Source of the DNA: Promethearchaeota archaeon
GTDB taxonomy: Archaea; Asgardarchaeota; Lokiarchaeia; Sigyniarchaeales; SOKP01
NCBI GenBank assembly: GCA_048940445.1
Contig: JBHLON010000003.1
Coordinates: 64,001 to 128,000 of the forward strand
Direction of reading: 5' to 3'
DNA: 64,000 nt
Part shown: positions 45,669-56,259 of the stretch, piece by piece
Layout of the letters: the number at the start of each line of letters is the position of its first letter
Position numbering within the stretch: the first letter of the stretch is position 1
Translations under genes and position numbers: made by a program
Notes under the pieces: model-generated
Told to the model about the DNA's origin: nothing
Seen by the model: the letters and a program-made list of their open reading frames with translations, nothing else
Database searches by the model: none

Positions 45669-48491
45669 ATGATTACTGATGAGAAAGATCATGAAAATCT
45701 CGAAACACAGCTCCAACTTTTTATGGATACTGTAGATGATTTAATACTCATAATTGATACATCAGATGAATTAAGATTAGAATACGTTAATAAATGTTCT
45801 TTTTTATACAAATTAGGATATTCTTCTGTTGATTTAATAGGACAGCCATTTTTAAGTATTATCTCTCCAGAGGATATTAAGAAAGCTATAAGAACCCTAA
45901 AGAAAGGAACCGAACTTCCTGATAGAATTCAAGAACTTAAAGTTAGAGGCTCAAAAGACGAGCTGATCTGGGTTGCACTTAGGTCAAAAAAGTTTAAATT
46001 AGACAACGGATCTAAGAAATATTTCGTAATAATAAAGGATATTTCAAGAAGGAAAAATTTAGAGGAACAATTAAGACTGAATGAAGACCGATTTAAAAAA
46101 ATAACCGAAACGATACCAGAAATTCGCTTTTGGAAGCTATTCAATCCCAAAAAATATGAAGAAGCATTACAGAGCTCCTATGAAATGCTTGAAATGGTTA
46201 TGGAAAATATTCCTCAATATATTTTCTGGAAAGATACTGAACTAAATTATCAAGGCTGTAATGATAATTATGCAAAATTGATAGGAATTGATCATCCTGA
46301 CAATATAATTAATAAAAAAGATGAAGAGCTTCCTTGGACACCAAAAGATATAAGTGATATTCAAAAACATGAACGTAAAGTTATAGAATCAAGAAAACCG
46401 GAATTACATGTTATTAATCCTTGGATTTTAATTAATGGTAATGAAGTATGGTTTGATATTAATAGGATTCCCTTATATGACTCTGAAGAAAAAGTTGTGG
46501 GAGTTTTAGTATCGTTTGAAGATGTCACAGAAAGAATTATTGCTGAACAAAATTTAAAAGAATCAGAAGAAAAGTATCGTCATTTGATTGAAAGTTCACC
46601 ATATTCCATCCTTCTTTTTGATAAGAAAGGGATAATTATTGATTATAATTCAACCACAGAAAAATTGTTTGGATATACTAAAGAGGATTTTATAGGAAGA
46701 TCATATGAAGAATTACCTCTTGCTCCAATAGAAGTTTTTTCTATTTTAAATAAAAAGTTTCTTAAATTATATAGAGGAGAACAAATTGAATCAACTGAAT
46801 TCCAGGTATATCGAAAGAACGGAACAATTGCGTGGGTTAATACAGATTTAACTTTAATTCAATTGGCAGATAAAACCTACTTCCAAGCAATTTCACAAGA
46901 TATTACTGACAAAAAAGAAACTGAAGAAAAATATCGCGATTTATTAGAAACTTCAACAGTTGGTATTTTGGAATATGATGAAATTAACAAAAGTCTCTCT
47001 TATATCAATCCAAAATTGTTGGAAATTATAGGATATGAAGATATCGGAGGTGTGAATCAGGATTTAAGGGATAAAATAATTCATCCTGATGACATTGAAA
47101 AAGTATTTGAGTCAACTGATGAAAAAGATTTAGAATTCCGAATATCTTCTAAAGATGAGAAGGAAAAATGGTTACAAGGAAAAAGAACAAATCAATATGA
47201 TGATAAAGGTAATCTAATGAGCTTTAGAATGTGGTTAGAAGATGTAACTGAAAAAAAAATATACGAAAAATTAATCTATGAATTAAATATTGATTTTCTA
47301 AGCTTTTCTACAGAAATTCAAAATAATATTATCTCATTACTTAAAACCTGCAATAAATTAATAAATGGTACTTTAGCTTTATACATCAATAAAACTATAA
47401 CTAAAGATGAAATCCAATATAAAGTAATATCATCCAAAGGGGAGACATTTAATTACTCTAATAAGGAATTAAAGAATGAACCTTTTATTTTTGAGTTATT
47501 CAGAGAAAGTCATGACTTTCCTCAAACTTCTTATAGTATCAATGAAACAGATTATGCTAAAACCGACGAAATGATCAAGAAATACAAAATCAAGGCAAGT
47601 TATAGTAAGCTAATTAAGTCTGGGGAAGAGTATAATGATGCATTGTGTGTACTTTATCAAACTAATCCCATCCTTACTAATCAGGATAAATTAGTCCTGT
47701 TTTTAATTAGTGATGCAATTGAAATTGAAAAGAGAAGATGGGAAGTACAACAACATCTGGAAGAACAAAATAAAATGTTAAGCGAGATTAACAAATTAAA
47801 AACAGGTTTATTAACCAGAACTTCCCATGAGTTAAAAACTCCTCTTATCTCTATCAAAGGTTTTACAGAACTCTTATTAACTCTTCACAAAAGTAAATTA
47901 GATGATGAAATAAAATCTATTTTGGAAGAGATTAAGGAGGGCAGTAAACGGCTTGAACTGTATATCAATTCTATTGTAGAAAGTTCACAATTAGATCAAG
48001 GACTATTAACATTAAATACTTCGAAAGACGATTTATCATCTATTATTAGATATTGTGTTGAACAATTAAGAGGAACTGCAGAATTAAGAAAGCAGAAAAT
48101 TGAAGTAAAGGCTGAGAAAAACTTAATTACAACTTTCGATAAAGAGAGAATTTATGAAGTTCTCGCTAATTTGTTAATAAATGCAATAAAATATACTCCT
48201 CTAAATGGGCATATTGAAATTAAGACTTCTAAAGAAGATGGGTTTTATATAATTTCTGTAAAAGATAATGGCATTGGTATAACTGAGAGCGAAAAAAAAC
48301 AACTTTTTAAACAATTTGGAAAAATCGAACGATATGGGCAAGGTTGGGATGTGGGTATTGAAGGAACAGGTTTAGGTTTATATATCTCAAAGGAAATTAT
48401 AGATCTCCATGGTGGTAAAATTTGGGTTGAATCTAAAGGGAGAAATAAAGGAAGTACATTTAATTTTTCTATTCCAATCTTAAATAAGTAA
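45669..48491 (+). CDS. soluble multi-PAS histidine kinase
   Basis: Several PAS/PAC domains; TSHELKTPL, NAIKYT, DNGIG and GTGLGL motifs. Confidence 0.92.
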   Translation: MITDEKDHENLETQLQLFMDTVDDLILIIDTSDELRLEYVNKCSFLYKLGYSSVDLIGQPFLSIISPEDIKKAIRTLKKGTELPDRIQELKVRGSKDELIWVALRSKKFKLDNGSKKYFVIIKDISRRKNLEEQLRLNEDRFKKITETIPEIRFWKLFNPKKYEEALQSSYEMLEMVMENIPQYIFWKDTELNYQGCNDNYAKLIGIDHPDNIINKKDEELPWTPKDISDIQKHERKVIESRKPELHVINPWILINGNEVWFDINRIPLYDSEEKVVGVLVSFEDVTERIIAEQNLKESEEKYRHLIESSPYSILLFDKKGIIIDYNSTTEKLFGYTKEDFIGRSYEELPLAPIEVFSILNKKFLKLYRGEQIESTEFQVYRKNGTIAWVNTDLTLIQLADKTYFQAISQDITDKKETEEKYRDLLETSTVGILEYDEINKSLSYINPKLLEIIGYEDIGGVNQDLRDKIIHPDDIEKVFESTDEKDLEFRISSKDEKEKWLQGKRTNQYDDKGNLMSFRMWLEDVTEKKIYEKLIYELNIDFLSFSTEIQNNIISLLKTCNKLINGTLALYINKTITKDEIQYKVISSKGETFNYSNKELKNEPFIFELFRESHDFPQTSYSINETDYAKTDEMIKKYKIKASYSKLIKSGEEYNDALCVLYQTNPILTNQDKLVLFLISDAIEIEKRRWEVQQHLEEQNKMLSEINKLKTGLLTRTSHELKTPLISIKGFTELLLTLHKSKLDDEIKSILEEIKEGSKRLELYINSIVESSQLDQGLLTLNTSKDDLSSIIRYCVEQLRGTAELRKQKIEVKAEKNLITTFDKERIYEVLANLLINAIKYTPLNGHIEIKTSKEDGFYIISVKDNGIGITESEKKQLFKQFGKIERYGQGWDVGIEGTGLGLYISKEIIDLHGGKIWVESKGRNKGSTFNFSIPILNK

Positions 48492-48501
48492 AAAAGTTGT
48501 T

Positions 48502-49557
48502 TTATTTATTTTTTATCGAAAATTCTAAAATCAAATGACGTCTATCTCGAATACCCTTCATTTTTCGAGCAGCAGCAGCATTAGCTTCATTATCTGCACC
48601 TACTGGCCAAGAACCCCACCTTAAGCCTCTTTTATAAACATTCATAGAAGTACAACCATACATAAGCATTGCAAGCCCAGAACGCCTATGATCTGGGTGC
48701 ACTACCCAATCATGGAAGCTTGCAGAATCAATCCGGTTTCTCTTATCTCTTGAGAAAGGATTAGGCACAATAAAACCACAAGCTACCATTTTATGTGTAG
48801 GTTTGTGATAAACAATCCATATATAGTGTTCTGATCCGAATTCATAAATAAATTCTATATGCACTTGGGTATTGATTGGATTTAAAGGACTAATTTGAGC
48901 CGATGCTGGCATGAATTTTAGATGTAACTCTACAATATCATCAACAACTTTCCATATTTCATTTTTTTTTGGATTCTTATATTCATAACTGGAAAAATCA
49001 TAATAAGAACCATTTTTTTTTTTTAATTTATATGGATTTAATTTAATTGTAATTACATCGTATCTATCTTCTTTAAATTTTACATAGAATCCTTTTTCTA
49101 AGAATTCGCGTTGATAAATTGGGGGATTTGTTGGGCAACAAATAAATAAAGATTTATTACTACCTTCTGCCATGAATCCCCAACCAAAAATCACAGCAGG
49201 TATATTTACTGGTCCTCTGATGTAATTATAATCATTTTTTTTAGCATATTCAATTAATTGAGTAATTAAAAATTTAATTTTTTCCTTCTCATGATCAAAT
49301 ACTCCAAAAAAGCCAAAAAATAATTTATCCGCTCCATCATCATAAATAATTGTAATCCCTTGAGTATTATCTACTTTCTCACCAAAAATATCATTATGTA
49401 AGGTTTTTTCTAATAATAAAGCCTTTACATTATAGGCTCTGAAAGTTTTTAAAATATATTTTTCGAATTCTGGCAAAATGGGAATTGAAGTCCCTAAATA
49501 TAAATATTTAAGAATTTCATTATGATTTTCTAATATCTTAACTTTTAAATCCTTCAT
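48502..49557 (-). CDS. GNAT acyltransferase (YghO / bacterial ceramide synthase-like pattern)
   Basis: FFGFF..RGPVN..G...EG..NPPIY..GF pattern plus motif A VHPDHRRSGLA. Confidence 0.65.
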   Translation of the reverse strand: MKDLKVKILENHNEILKYLYLGTSIPILPEFEKYILKTFRAYNVKALLLEKTLHNDIFGEKVDNTQGITIIYDDGADKLFFGFFGVFDHEKEKIKFLITQLIEYAKKNDYNYIRGPVNIPAVIFGWGFMAEGSNKSLFICCPTNPPIYQREFLEKGFYVKFKEDRYDVITIKLNPYKLKKKNGSYYDFSSYEYKNPKKNEIWKVVDDIVELHLKFMPASAQISPLNPINTQVHIEFIYEFGSEHYIWIVYHKPTHKMVACGFIVPNPFSRDKRNRIDSASFHDWVVHPDHRRSGLAMLMYGCTSMNVYKRGLRWGSWPVGADNEANAAAARKMKGIRDRRHLILEFSIKNK

Positions 49558-49645
49558 TATTACTTACTAGAATGTTCTAATAATAAGTAATTAACTTTTC
49601 TTTATTTAAAATAGACTGATATTTTCTTGAATACCTGATAAGTAT

Positions 49646-50353
49646 CTATAATTTATGTATAATCCCATAATAAATAAATATCCCTGAAGGAACTACAATA
49701 AAAAAAACTAGGAATGCCCATATCGTTCTAAAAATTACATTATACCAAGTGTTAAAAAGTATTAATCCATAAAAAGCAATGAACATTCCAATTATTCCTA
49801 CGAAGAAATATAAAAATCTCTTTCTCAATTTTTTGTCAGCGAATGATTTATATAACTTAAGAGATAAGATTAATGAGGGAACAAATATCGCTGATGAAAA
49901 GAAAATATACATGGTAATAAAGAACGGAAAACTAAATATTGGAGACCAATCCGTACTTTCACTTATAGTTATACCACCTGGTAAAAATAAAATTATTAAA
50001 CCTATAGAAATGTAAATAAGAATAATAATAATTTGCCTTTTAGATGAATGATAAGGCTTTATGTTAGTTAAATTAAGCATAAAAATGATTAGAAAAATAA
50101 ACCCGCTTAAAGTGCAGAATGCAGAGAAATAATAGAGAATATACCCAATGATACTCGTGCTTAAAAGTAGAAAAATGAGACTTAGTAAAAATCCAGTAGC
50201 AGGTAAGAAATAAAATAAACTTAAAGTTAAATTCATTCGATTAAAATTTCTTCTTAAAATTTTAAAGGATAAGAAATACAATAATAATGAAATAAATGAA
50301 TGCATCAAAAGGACAATAAGAATTCTCACAATTTCAAATCCTTGGAATATCAA
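49646..50353 (-). CDS. stand-alone ~7-TM membrane protein (HisKA_7TM-like sensor)
   Basis: About seven hydrophobic helices; no cytoplasmic output domain. Confidence 0.65.
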   Translation of the reverse strand: MIFQGFEIVRILIVLLMHSFISLLLYFLSFKILRRNFNRMNLTLSLFYFLPATGFLLSLIFLLLSTSIIGYILYYFSAFCTLSGFIFLIIFMLNLTNIKPYHSSKRQIIIILIYISIGLIILFLPGGITISESTDWSPIFSFPFFITMYIFFSSAIFVPSLILSLKLYKSFADKKLRKRFLYFFVGIIGMFIAFYGLILFNTWYNVIFRTIWAFLVFFIVVPSGIFIYYGIIHKL

Positions 50354-50484
50354 ACAATCACATAATAATATTTTTTATTATTATTATAATGTATTTCTAT
50401 TCTTTATAAAATTACTTTTCACTGATATTGTTAGAGTGTTTTAAAGGTATTAAATGAATAATTACACTCGATATTCAATTAATA

Positions 50485-51339
50485 TTAATTAAAATTAAAT
50501 TCAAAAGATTTCATTTTAAGATAATCATAACCAACAACTTTCGGAGCTTTTACCATTTGTTTTATTTTTAAAATACCACTAAATATAATCTCATATGCTA
50601 AATAAGATGCATTTAATCTAACAATAGGAGCTAATGAGATCGATGGGATTTCTTGAGATAATAATTGATTTATAGAATTTTTCTCTCTATCGTATCTTTT
50701 TTTGATTTCTGGAAATTTTATTAACTTTAAGAAAAAAGCATTTTTGATATTTTTAATTGCCTCATCTGATTTTTCTATATCTTGGATTTCAAGATTATGA
50801 GTGTTTAATCCATAGCAAGTTTCGTAATCAATACTATCTGAAGTGAACCACCAAGCGCATAGATACGGTATTGCCCATGATTCTATCATTGGTATCTTAT
50901 TTTTACTGCATTCTCGAGCAATTAAAATTGATCCAATTGGATCATCAAGAGTTAAGGCTACAATAGAAATATTGGATAGTTTCTCTTTAATATTTTTTTT
51001 GTTTACATTTATAACTTTATTTAAATTTAGTTCGGGATTTATAGACTTAAGGAATCTTTCCATAATATCCACTTTATATTTGCCGAGATCATTCCTAGTA
51101 CATATTTGGCGGTTGAGATTAGAGGGTTCAAATTGATCATTATCACAAATCAAGAGATTTTCACATCCACTTCTAACTAATTGTTCGGCTAAAGGACCAC
51201 CTAAGCCCCCTAAACCAAAAATTGCAATATTTGCCTTACGTAGAATCTCTTGATCTTCAATATTGATTATTCCAATATTTCTGGATACTTGATTCCAATA
51301 AGATTGTGTCCAATTTTTAAGTTTTTTTTCCTCGACCAT
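50485..51339 (-). CDS. ThiF/MoeB/E1-like adenylyltransferase
   Basis: SRNIG, GLGGLGG, D.D.FEPSNLNRQ and GKYKV motifs. Confidence 0.9.
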   Translation of the reverse strand: MVEEKKLKNWTQSYWNQVSRNIGIINIEDQEILRKANIAIFGLGGLGGPLAEQLVRSGCENLLICDNDQFEPSNLNRQICTRNDLGKYKVDIMERFLKSINPELNLNKVINVNKKNIKEKLSNISIVALTLDDPIGSILIARECSKNKIPMIESWAIPYLCAWWFTSDSIDYETCYGLNTHNLEIQDIEKSDEAIKNIKNAFFLKLIKFPEIKKRYDREKNSINQLLSQEIPSISLAPIVRLNASYLAYEIIFSGILKIKQMVKAPKVVGYDYLKMKSFEFNFN

Positions 51340-51419
51340 AGTTTATATGTTTAAATAATAATTACATCTTTTAGTTAGATCCTCAAAAGATTGTAAAAAA
51401 TAAATTTATTTAATGGAAA

Positions 51420-52676
51420 TTAAAATTTTTTTATTTTTAGAAGATCTGATATTCGATTATCTTTAGAAGGCTTCAAAATTTGAATCAAATCAATTGCTTC
51501 TGGAATTAGCTTTATATTCTCATCAATAGATCCATTAAAAGAATTAAAAATAATTTGATCTTCAAAATAATTTTCAGACTTATGAAATCTCCAACAAGGA
51601 ATGTATCCTCTGGGTTTAAATCCCGCATCATTAAAAATTTTTTGATGTTCAGGTAGATATGCTGAGACATAACATTCGAAATAATTTATATTCATTGAAT
51701 CAATAAAAGTTTTGACTTTTTCAATGAAAACAAATAATTCTTCTAACGATTGAATTTTATATTTTGTATTTTCAATATTTTTACTATAAATATTATGAAA
51801 AAATTCAAAAAATGAGGAAGTCTTTTTTATTAAAAATTTTACTTCTTGATTTCCGAAAGTATCTTCTTTAATTTCAACAGAAACAGATGATCTGATTAAT
51901 TTGATATCTTTTTGACTTAAGGTGATCTTTGGATTTTCAATAAGAGGTAAATTCAGATTATATCTTTTATTCGTATAACTATAACAATTTAAAACTTGTC
52001 TAATCAGTTTAGGCTTTTCTTTAAATCGATATTGTTTCAGTATTGCTTTATTAAATATAATATGCAAAACATCAGATTCAATTTTGTTAAAGAATATATC
52101 TTTATTAGGAAGAAATGCAATGGGTTTCATACCAATCAAAGATGTAAAAAACTGAGAAATTGCTTCGTTAGTACGCATCTCTCCATACCATAAAAAGATT
52201 TTGTCTCGATATTCTCTCCATAAATAAATTATGCATCCAATAAATGCCTTAAAAATATCAGTAGTTTTTTGATATTGCTTTTTGATATTAAAACCATGGA
52301 GGAATGCTCTTTTTTCATGTAAATCCAAATCTGCTCCAAAACAACCCACAATTTCTTTTGAATTTAACTTAAAGATAAACCAATGATAATTTGGATGGAT
52401 AATCATCTTTCTTATAGAATTAATATCTTCCATTTGTTTATAAGGGTAGGTTCCTCTATATATTTCTTTGAATATACCCACAATTTCTTTCGCATCTTCA
52501 GGTTTAGCCAACTCAATTATTGGACAAATTTTTTCAGATTTATAATAATAATCTAGCTCAAAATCAAGATTTAGTATAAGTTTTAAATCCAAACTTGATA
52601 TATAATGATACCTATCAAGAAATTCATCAACATCGATGATTTCCTTTCTCTCTTGACTTAAACTCTTTGATTCCAA
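51420..52676 (-). CDS. tandem GNAT-fold protein
   Basis: AKPEDAKEI...Y.GTYPY at the N-terminus and GFKPRGYIP at the C-terminus. Confidence 0.65.
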   Translation of the reverse strand: MESKSLSQERKEIIDVDEFLDRYHYISSLDLKLILNLDFELDYYYKSEKICPIIELAKPEDAKEIVGIFKEIYRGTYPYKQMEDINSIRKMIIHPNYHWFIFKLNSKEIVGCFGADLDLHEKRAFLHGFNIKKQYQKTTDIFKAFIGCIIYLWREYRDKIFLWYGEMRTNEAISQFFTSLIGMKPIAFLPNKDIFFNKIESDVLHIIFNKAILKQYRFKEKPKLIRQVLNCYSYTNKRYNLNLPLIENPKITLSQKDIKLIRSSVSVEIKEDTFGNQEVKFLIKKTSSFFEFFHNIYSKNIENTKYKIQSLEELFVFIEKVKTFIDSMNINYFECYVSAYLPEHQKIFNDAGFKPRGYIPCWRFHKSENYFEDQIIFNSFNGSIDENIKLIPEAIDLIQILKPSKDNRISDLLKIKKF

Positions 52677-53101
52677 ATTAATCTATATTTCCTAATTATT
52701 AGCAATACTTTGCTTTAAATGGTTATGAGGATTACAAACAACGTATTTTATTAATTAATCAAAATCGCTATTTTGAATTATTATCTGAACTAGTTAAGAT
52801 TACTTTTTATAACTATTTAAAATTTTTTGTTTAACATGCAAGTTCGTGAAACTAAATATATATTACAAAGATAATTTCAAAATAATTTTATCACGTGGAT
52901 ATGTGCTTAATTTTCCAAATTTTACTCTGAAAAATAGGAAAATAAGAGTTTCGTACAATTTATCGATGATCTTGAAATAACACGAGTTTTGAGGTCTATT
53001 CTGTAATAAAATTTTTTACAAGAACAATTTTTTGAAAAAGTTAAAATTATATAAATGAACATGGATAATTAATATAGTAGAAACGTATTTATCTGATAAA
53101 T

Positions 53102-53494
53102 ATGCAGTTCAATGTCTCTGAATTAGAAAGCCCACTGACCCAAATTAATGAAATGTTGCTTAAGAAGAAGAATTCTAAGGCAATTAAATATCTTAATAAA
53201 TTTCTACATGAAAATCCTTCAAATAATAATGCTTGGCTTCTGCTAGGTATTGCTAAACGTCGTATTGGTAATTTAAATGATGCTATTGAATGCTTTAAAA
53301 CAGTTATTGAATTCGATCCAACTTCACTTGAAGCTTGGGGTTTGCTAACTATTACATATTTAGATAACAGCCAAAATTCTTTAGCTGAAAAAGCAATTGA
53401 ACAAGCAAGAGAATTAAATCCTGATGATAATAAGATTAAGTTCTATCAGGAAAATTTAATTAGAATATATAAGAAATTTGGACCTTTTTTTTGA
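53102..53494 (+). CDS. TPR protein
   Basis: AWLLLGIA...AIECF...DP...AW pattern. Confidence 0.85.
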   Translation: MQFNVSELESPLTQINEMLLKKKNSKAIKYLNKFLHENPSNNNAWLLLGIAKRRIGNLNDAIECFKTVIEFDPTSLEAWGLLTITYLDNSQNSLAEKAIEQARELNPDDNKIKFYQENLIRIYKKFGPFF

Positions 53495-53495
53495 T

Positions 53496-53753
53496 TTAAT
53501 CCTGGAAAAATTCAGGGTGGCTTCTTTCAATATTATTTAAAGTGGAGACTAGATGATATAATAACTTTTCATCACGATATTCGTTAATAGTTTCAGATAA
53601 TCTGTCTAAAATCTCATTAGCAAGTTTTATATCGGCTTTAGTGTAATTGTGTGTTTTATTTTTGAAAATTAATTCAAATTCCTCTTCAAACCAACGCAAT
53701 TTCTGTTTAAATTCTCTTTTAATGGTCCTATAATCGTCAAAATTTAGACTCAT
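53496..53753 (-). CDS. hypothetical helical protein
   Basis: ORF track; GGAG upstream. Confidence 0.6.
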   Translation of the reverse strand: MSLNFDDYRTIKREFKQKLRWFEEEFELIFKNKTHNYTKADIKLANEILDRLSETINEYRDEKLLYHLVSTLNNIERSHPEFFQD

Positions 53754-54234
53754 GCGTCTCCTTGATACCTCGAGACAAATTAAATAAAAGGTTTATTAAC
53801 AGACTAACAATATAATCAAATTTTTTCTATTTAAACCTATTCTGGGTTAGAGTTTTTCTATTTAGTAATAGGACAAAAAGGACTTTTAATATAGAAATTT
53901 TATACTATTCATCTAATAATTTTGAAGCCAAATTAGAATTTAAAGGACGTTGGAGATAGATATAGCAGTTAGGATTTCTTTTCATTTTTGTCGCAGTAAT
54001 TCTATCTCAATTTCTCTATTATTTCTAAACATTCAAACAAAAATATAAGAAAAGTCTTTAAAAGATAATTTTTAGAGATTTTAGAATAAAAAAGTTTATT
54101 CAAATTATTTTACAAAAAAGCAACATTAATGAGGGAAATAATTTAAGAATTGGACTCCGAATTTTTTAAGAATTTAAAACTTCATTCTATAATTTGAATA
54201 AGAAAATTTTAATTTAGTTTTAGCAAAAATTTTA

Positions 54235-54453
54235 GTGATTATCATTAATAATGATGGCATTAATTTTGAAAAATTAGAGCTAGTGAAAAAATATTTCGCG
54301 AGAATCTTTATTGTACTTAAAAAGGATATCAGACGTGAATTACTGGCTTTAAACTTAACGAAGGATGAATTACGAGAGATTAAAAAGGAATTAGTATTTT
54401 TACCCGAAGAAAAACAAAAGGAATATCTAAAAGAATTATCACGAAAAAAATAA
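54235..54453 (+). CDS. small hypothetical helical protein
   Basis: ORF track; charged amphipathic helices. Confidence 0.5.
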   Translation: MIIINNDGINFEKLELVKKYFARIFIVLKKDIRRELLALNLTKDELREIKKELVFLPEEKQKEYLKELSRKK

Positions 54454-54600
54454 TCTATTTATGAAAATTTGAATTTTATACAAGTCTTATAAAATTGTAA
54501 AATATAAAAATTAATTATTAGGCTTATATCTATTATAAAAGGACAATAACAAATTTTATAATTAAAAATACTTTTCACTTCTTAAGATTATTAAATAAAG

Positions 54601-54616
54601 TAGTTTGATCAAACTA
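54601..54616. promoter_or_regulatory. perfect 16-bp palindrome upstream of hdrC
   Basis: TAGTTTGATCAAACTA. Confidence 0.5.
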
Positions 54617-54671
54617 TTAAGAAAGTAATTTTCTCACTTTTTTATATAAGTTCAATTTAAATTTACAATTA

Positions 54672-55295
54672 TTGACGAAACTGGGAAAAATTATGAGCGA
54701 TAATGTAGAAAAATATATAAAAAGAAAAGTGCACAAAGAGACAAATTCCAGAATTGCTCAAAAGTTCGTTGATGCGGGATTAGAGAAAATTCGGGCTTGT
54801 ATTAATTGCGGTACTTGTACTGGAAGTTGTCCTTCTGGTAGGCGTACTGCATATCGGACTCGTTCTGCTATTCGCCGTGCTTTAACTGGAGATGAAAGTG
54901 TTCTAAAAGATATTGATATTTGGCTATGTTCTACATGTTATACTTGTTATGAACGATGCCCAAGAAATATTCCAGTAACTGATATGATCATAAAATTAAG
55001 AAATATCGCAGTAGAAGAAGGATATATTTTGGATTCTCATTTTGGTTTAGCAACCAATATTTTTTATGTTACCGGTCATGGAGTACCTGCAAATGGAGAA
55101 GCTAACAAGAAATGGCAAGACTTAAGAGAATCTTTTGACTTACCACGTTTACCTCCTACTGTTCATACTCATCCTGAAGCCGTAAAAGAATGCCAAGAAA
55201 TAATGAAATCAGTCGGTTTCACTGAATTAATGGAAAACGCCAGAAAATTAAAAGAAAAACGAGCCAAAGAAGAAAATCAAGAGGAGAATAAATGA
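54672..55295 (+). CDS. hdrC: heterodisulfide reductase subunit C (start possibly ATG 54693)
   Basis: CINCGTCTGSCPSGRRT and IWLCSTCYTCYERCPR. Confidence 0.95.
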   Translation: MTKLGKIMSDNVEKYIKRKVHKETNSRIAQKFVDAGLEKIRACINCGTCTGSCPSGRRTAYRTRSAIRRALTGDESVLKDIDIWLCSTCYTCYERCPRNIPVTDMIIKLRNIAVEEGYILDSHFGLATNIFYVTGHGVPANGEANKKWQDLRESFDLPRLPPTVHTHPEAVKECQEIMKSVGFTELMENARKLKEKRAKEENQEENK

Positions 55296-56251
55296 TGAGC
55301 GAAAGTTCAGAGTATAATTGGAAATATGGATTCTTTCTTGGTTGTGTAATACCTAATAGATACCCTATGATTGAAGCTTCAATCAGAAATGTTTTTGATT
55401 TTCTTGGTGCTGAAATTGTTGATTTACCTGGAGCTTCTTGTTGTCCTGCTCCGGGAGTTTTTCGAGCTTTCCATATTCCAACTTGGTTAGTAATTGCTGC
55501 TCGTAATATATCAATTGCCGAGCATATCGGAGTGAATCCCTTAACAGGATGTAATGGATGTTATGGTACTTTACGAGATGCTTGGTTTGAGTTGGAACAT
55601 GAACCAGAAATGAAAAAGATGGTTCAAAAGGAACTTGCTAAGATAGGTAGAACATATCAAGGTAATTTAGAACCAAAGCATGTTGTTCAGGCATTATATT
55701 TAGATATGGGTTTGGATTATTTACGTGACCATATAAAATATACCTTTCAAGATCTTAAAGTTGCCGTGCATTACGGATGTCATATAATAAAACCAAGCGA
55801 TAAACGTCCTTGGCAAGGAGAATGCGAAGATCCAACATTTTTGGATGAAATTGTTGAATTAACTGGCGCAAAAAGTATCAATTATAAAGATAAATTTATG
55901 TGTTGCGGAGCAGGAGGGGCAGTTAGAACTGCTGTAAAAGAAGTTTCGGCAGATTTTACCCGAGAAAAATTAATGAATATGCGTGATGCTGGCGCTGACA
56001 TTGTTCTGGATTGTTGCCCATTTTGCCATTTACAGCTTGATTTGGGACAAATGGAAGCAAATGGGATTTATAAAGATTTAATAGGAGAACCTTTGAAAAT
56101 TCCCGTAGTATATATAACCCAACTTTTGGGATTATCTTTTGGAATGGATCCTAATAAATTAGGTTTAATAAAAAATCATGAATTAACTGGAGTACCTCCT
56201 TTCATTTCAATAGATCCATTCTTGGATATAATAAAAAATCAATTAATATAG
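55292..56251 (+). CDS. hdrB: heterodisulfide reductase subunit B
   Basis: FLGCVIPNRYP, SCCPAPG, CNGC, HYGCH, CCGAGG and CPFCHLQ (CCG domains). Confidence 0.96.
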   Translation: MMSESSEYNWKYGFFLGCVIPNRYPMIEASIRNVFDFLGAEIVDLPGASCCPAPGVFRAFHIPTWLVIAARNISIAEHIGVNPLTGCNGCYGTLRDAWFELEHEPEMKKMVQKELAKIGRTYQGNLEPKHVVQALYLDMGLDYLRDHIKYTFQDLKVAVHYGCHIIKPSDKRPWQGECEDPTFLDEIVELTGAKSINYKDKFMCCGAGGAVRTAVKEVSADFTREKLMNMRDAGADIVLDCCPFCHLQLDLGQMEANGIYKDLIGEPLKIPVVYITQLLGLSFGMDPNKLGLIKNHELTGVPPFISIDPFLDIIKNQLI

Positions 56252-56259
56252 AGGGTAAA

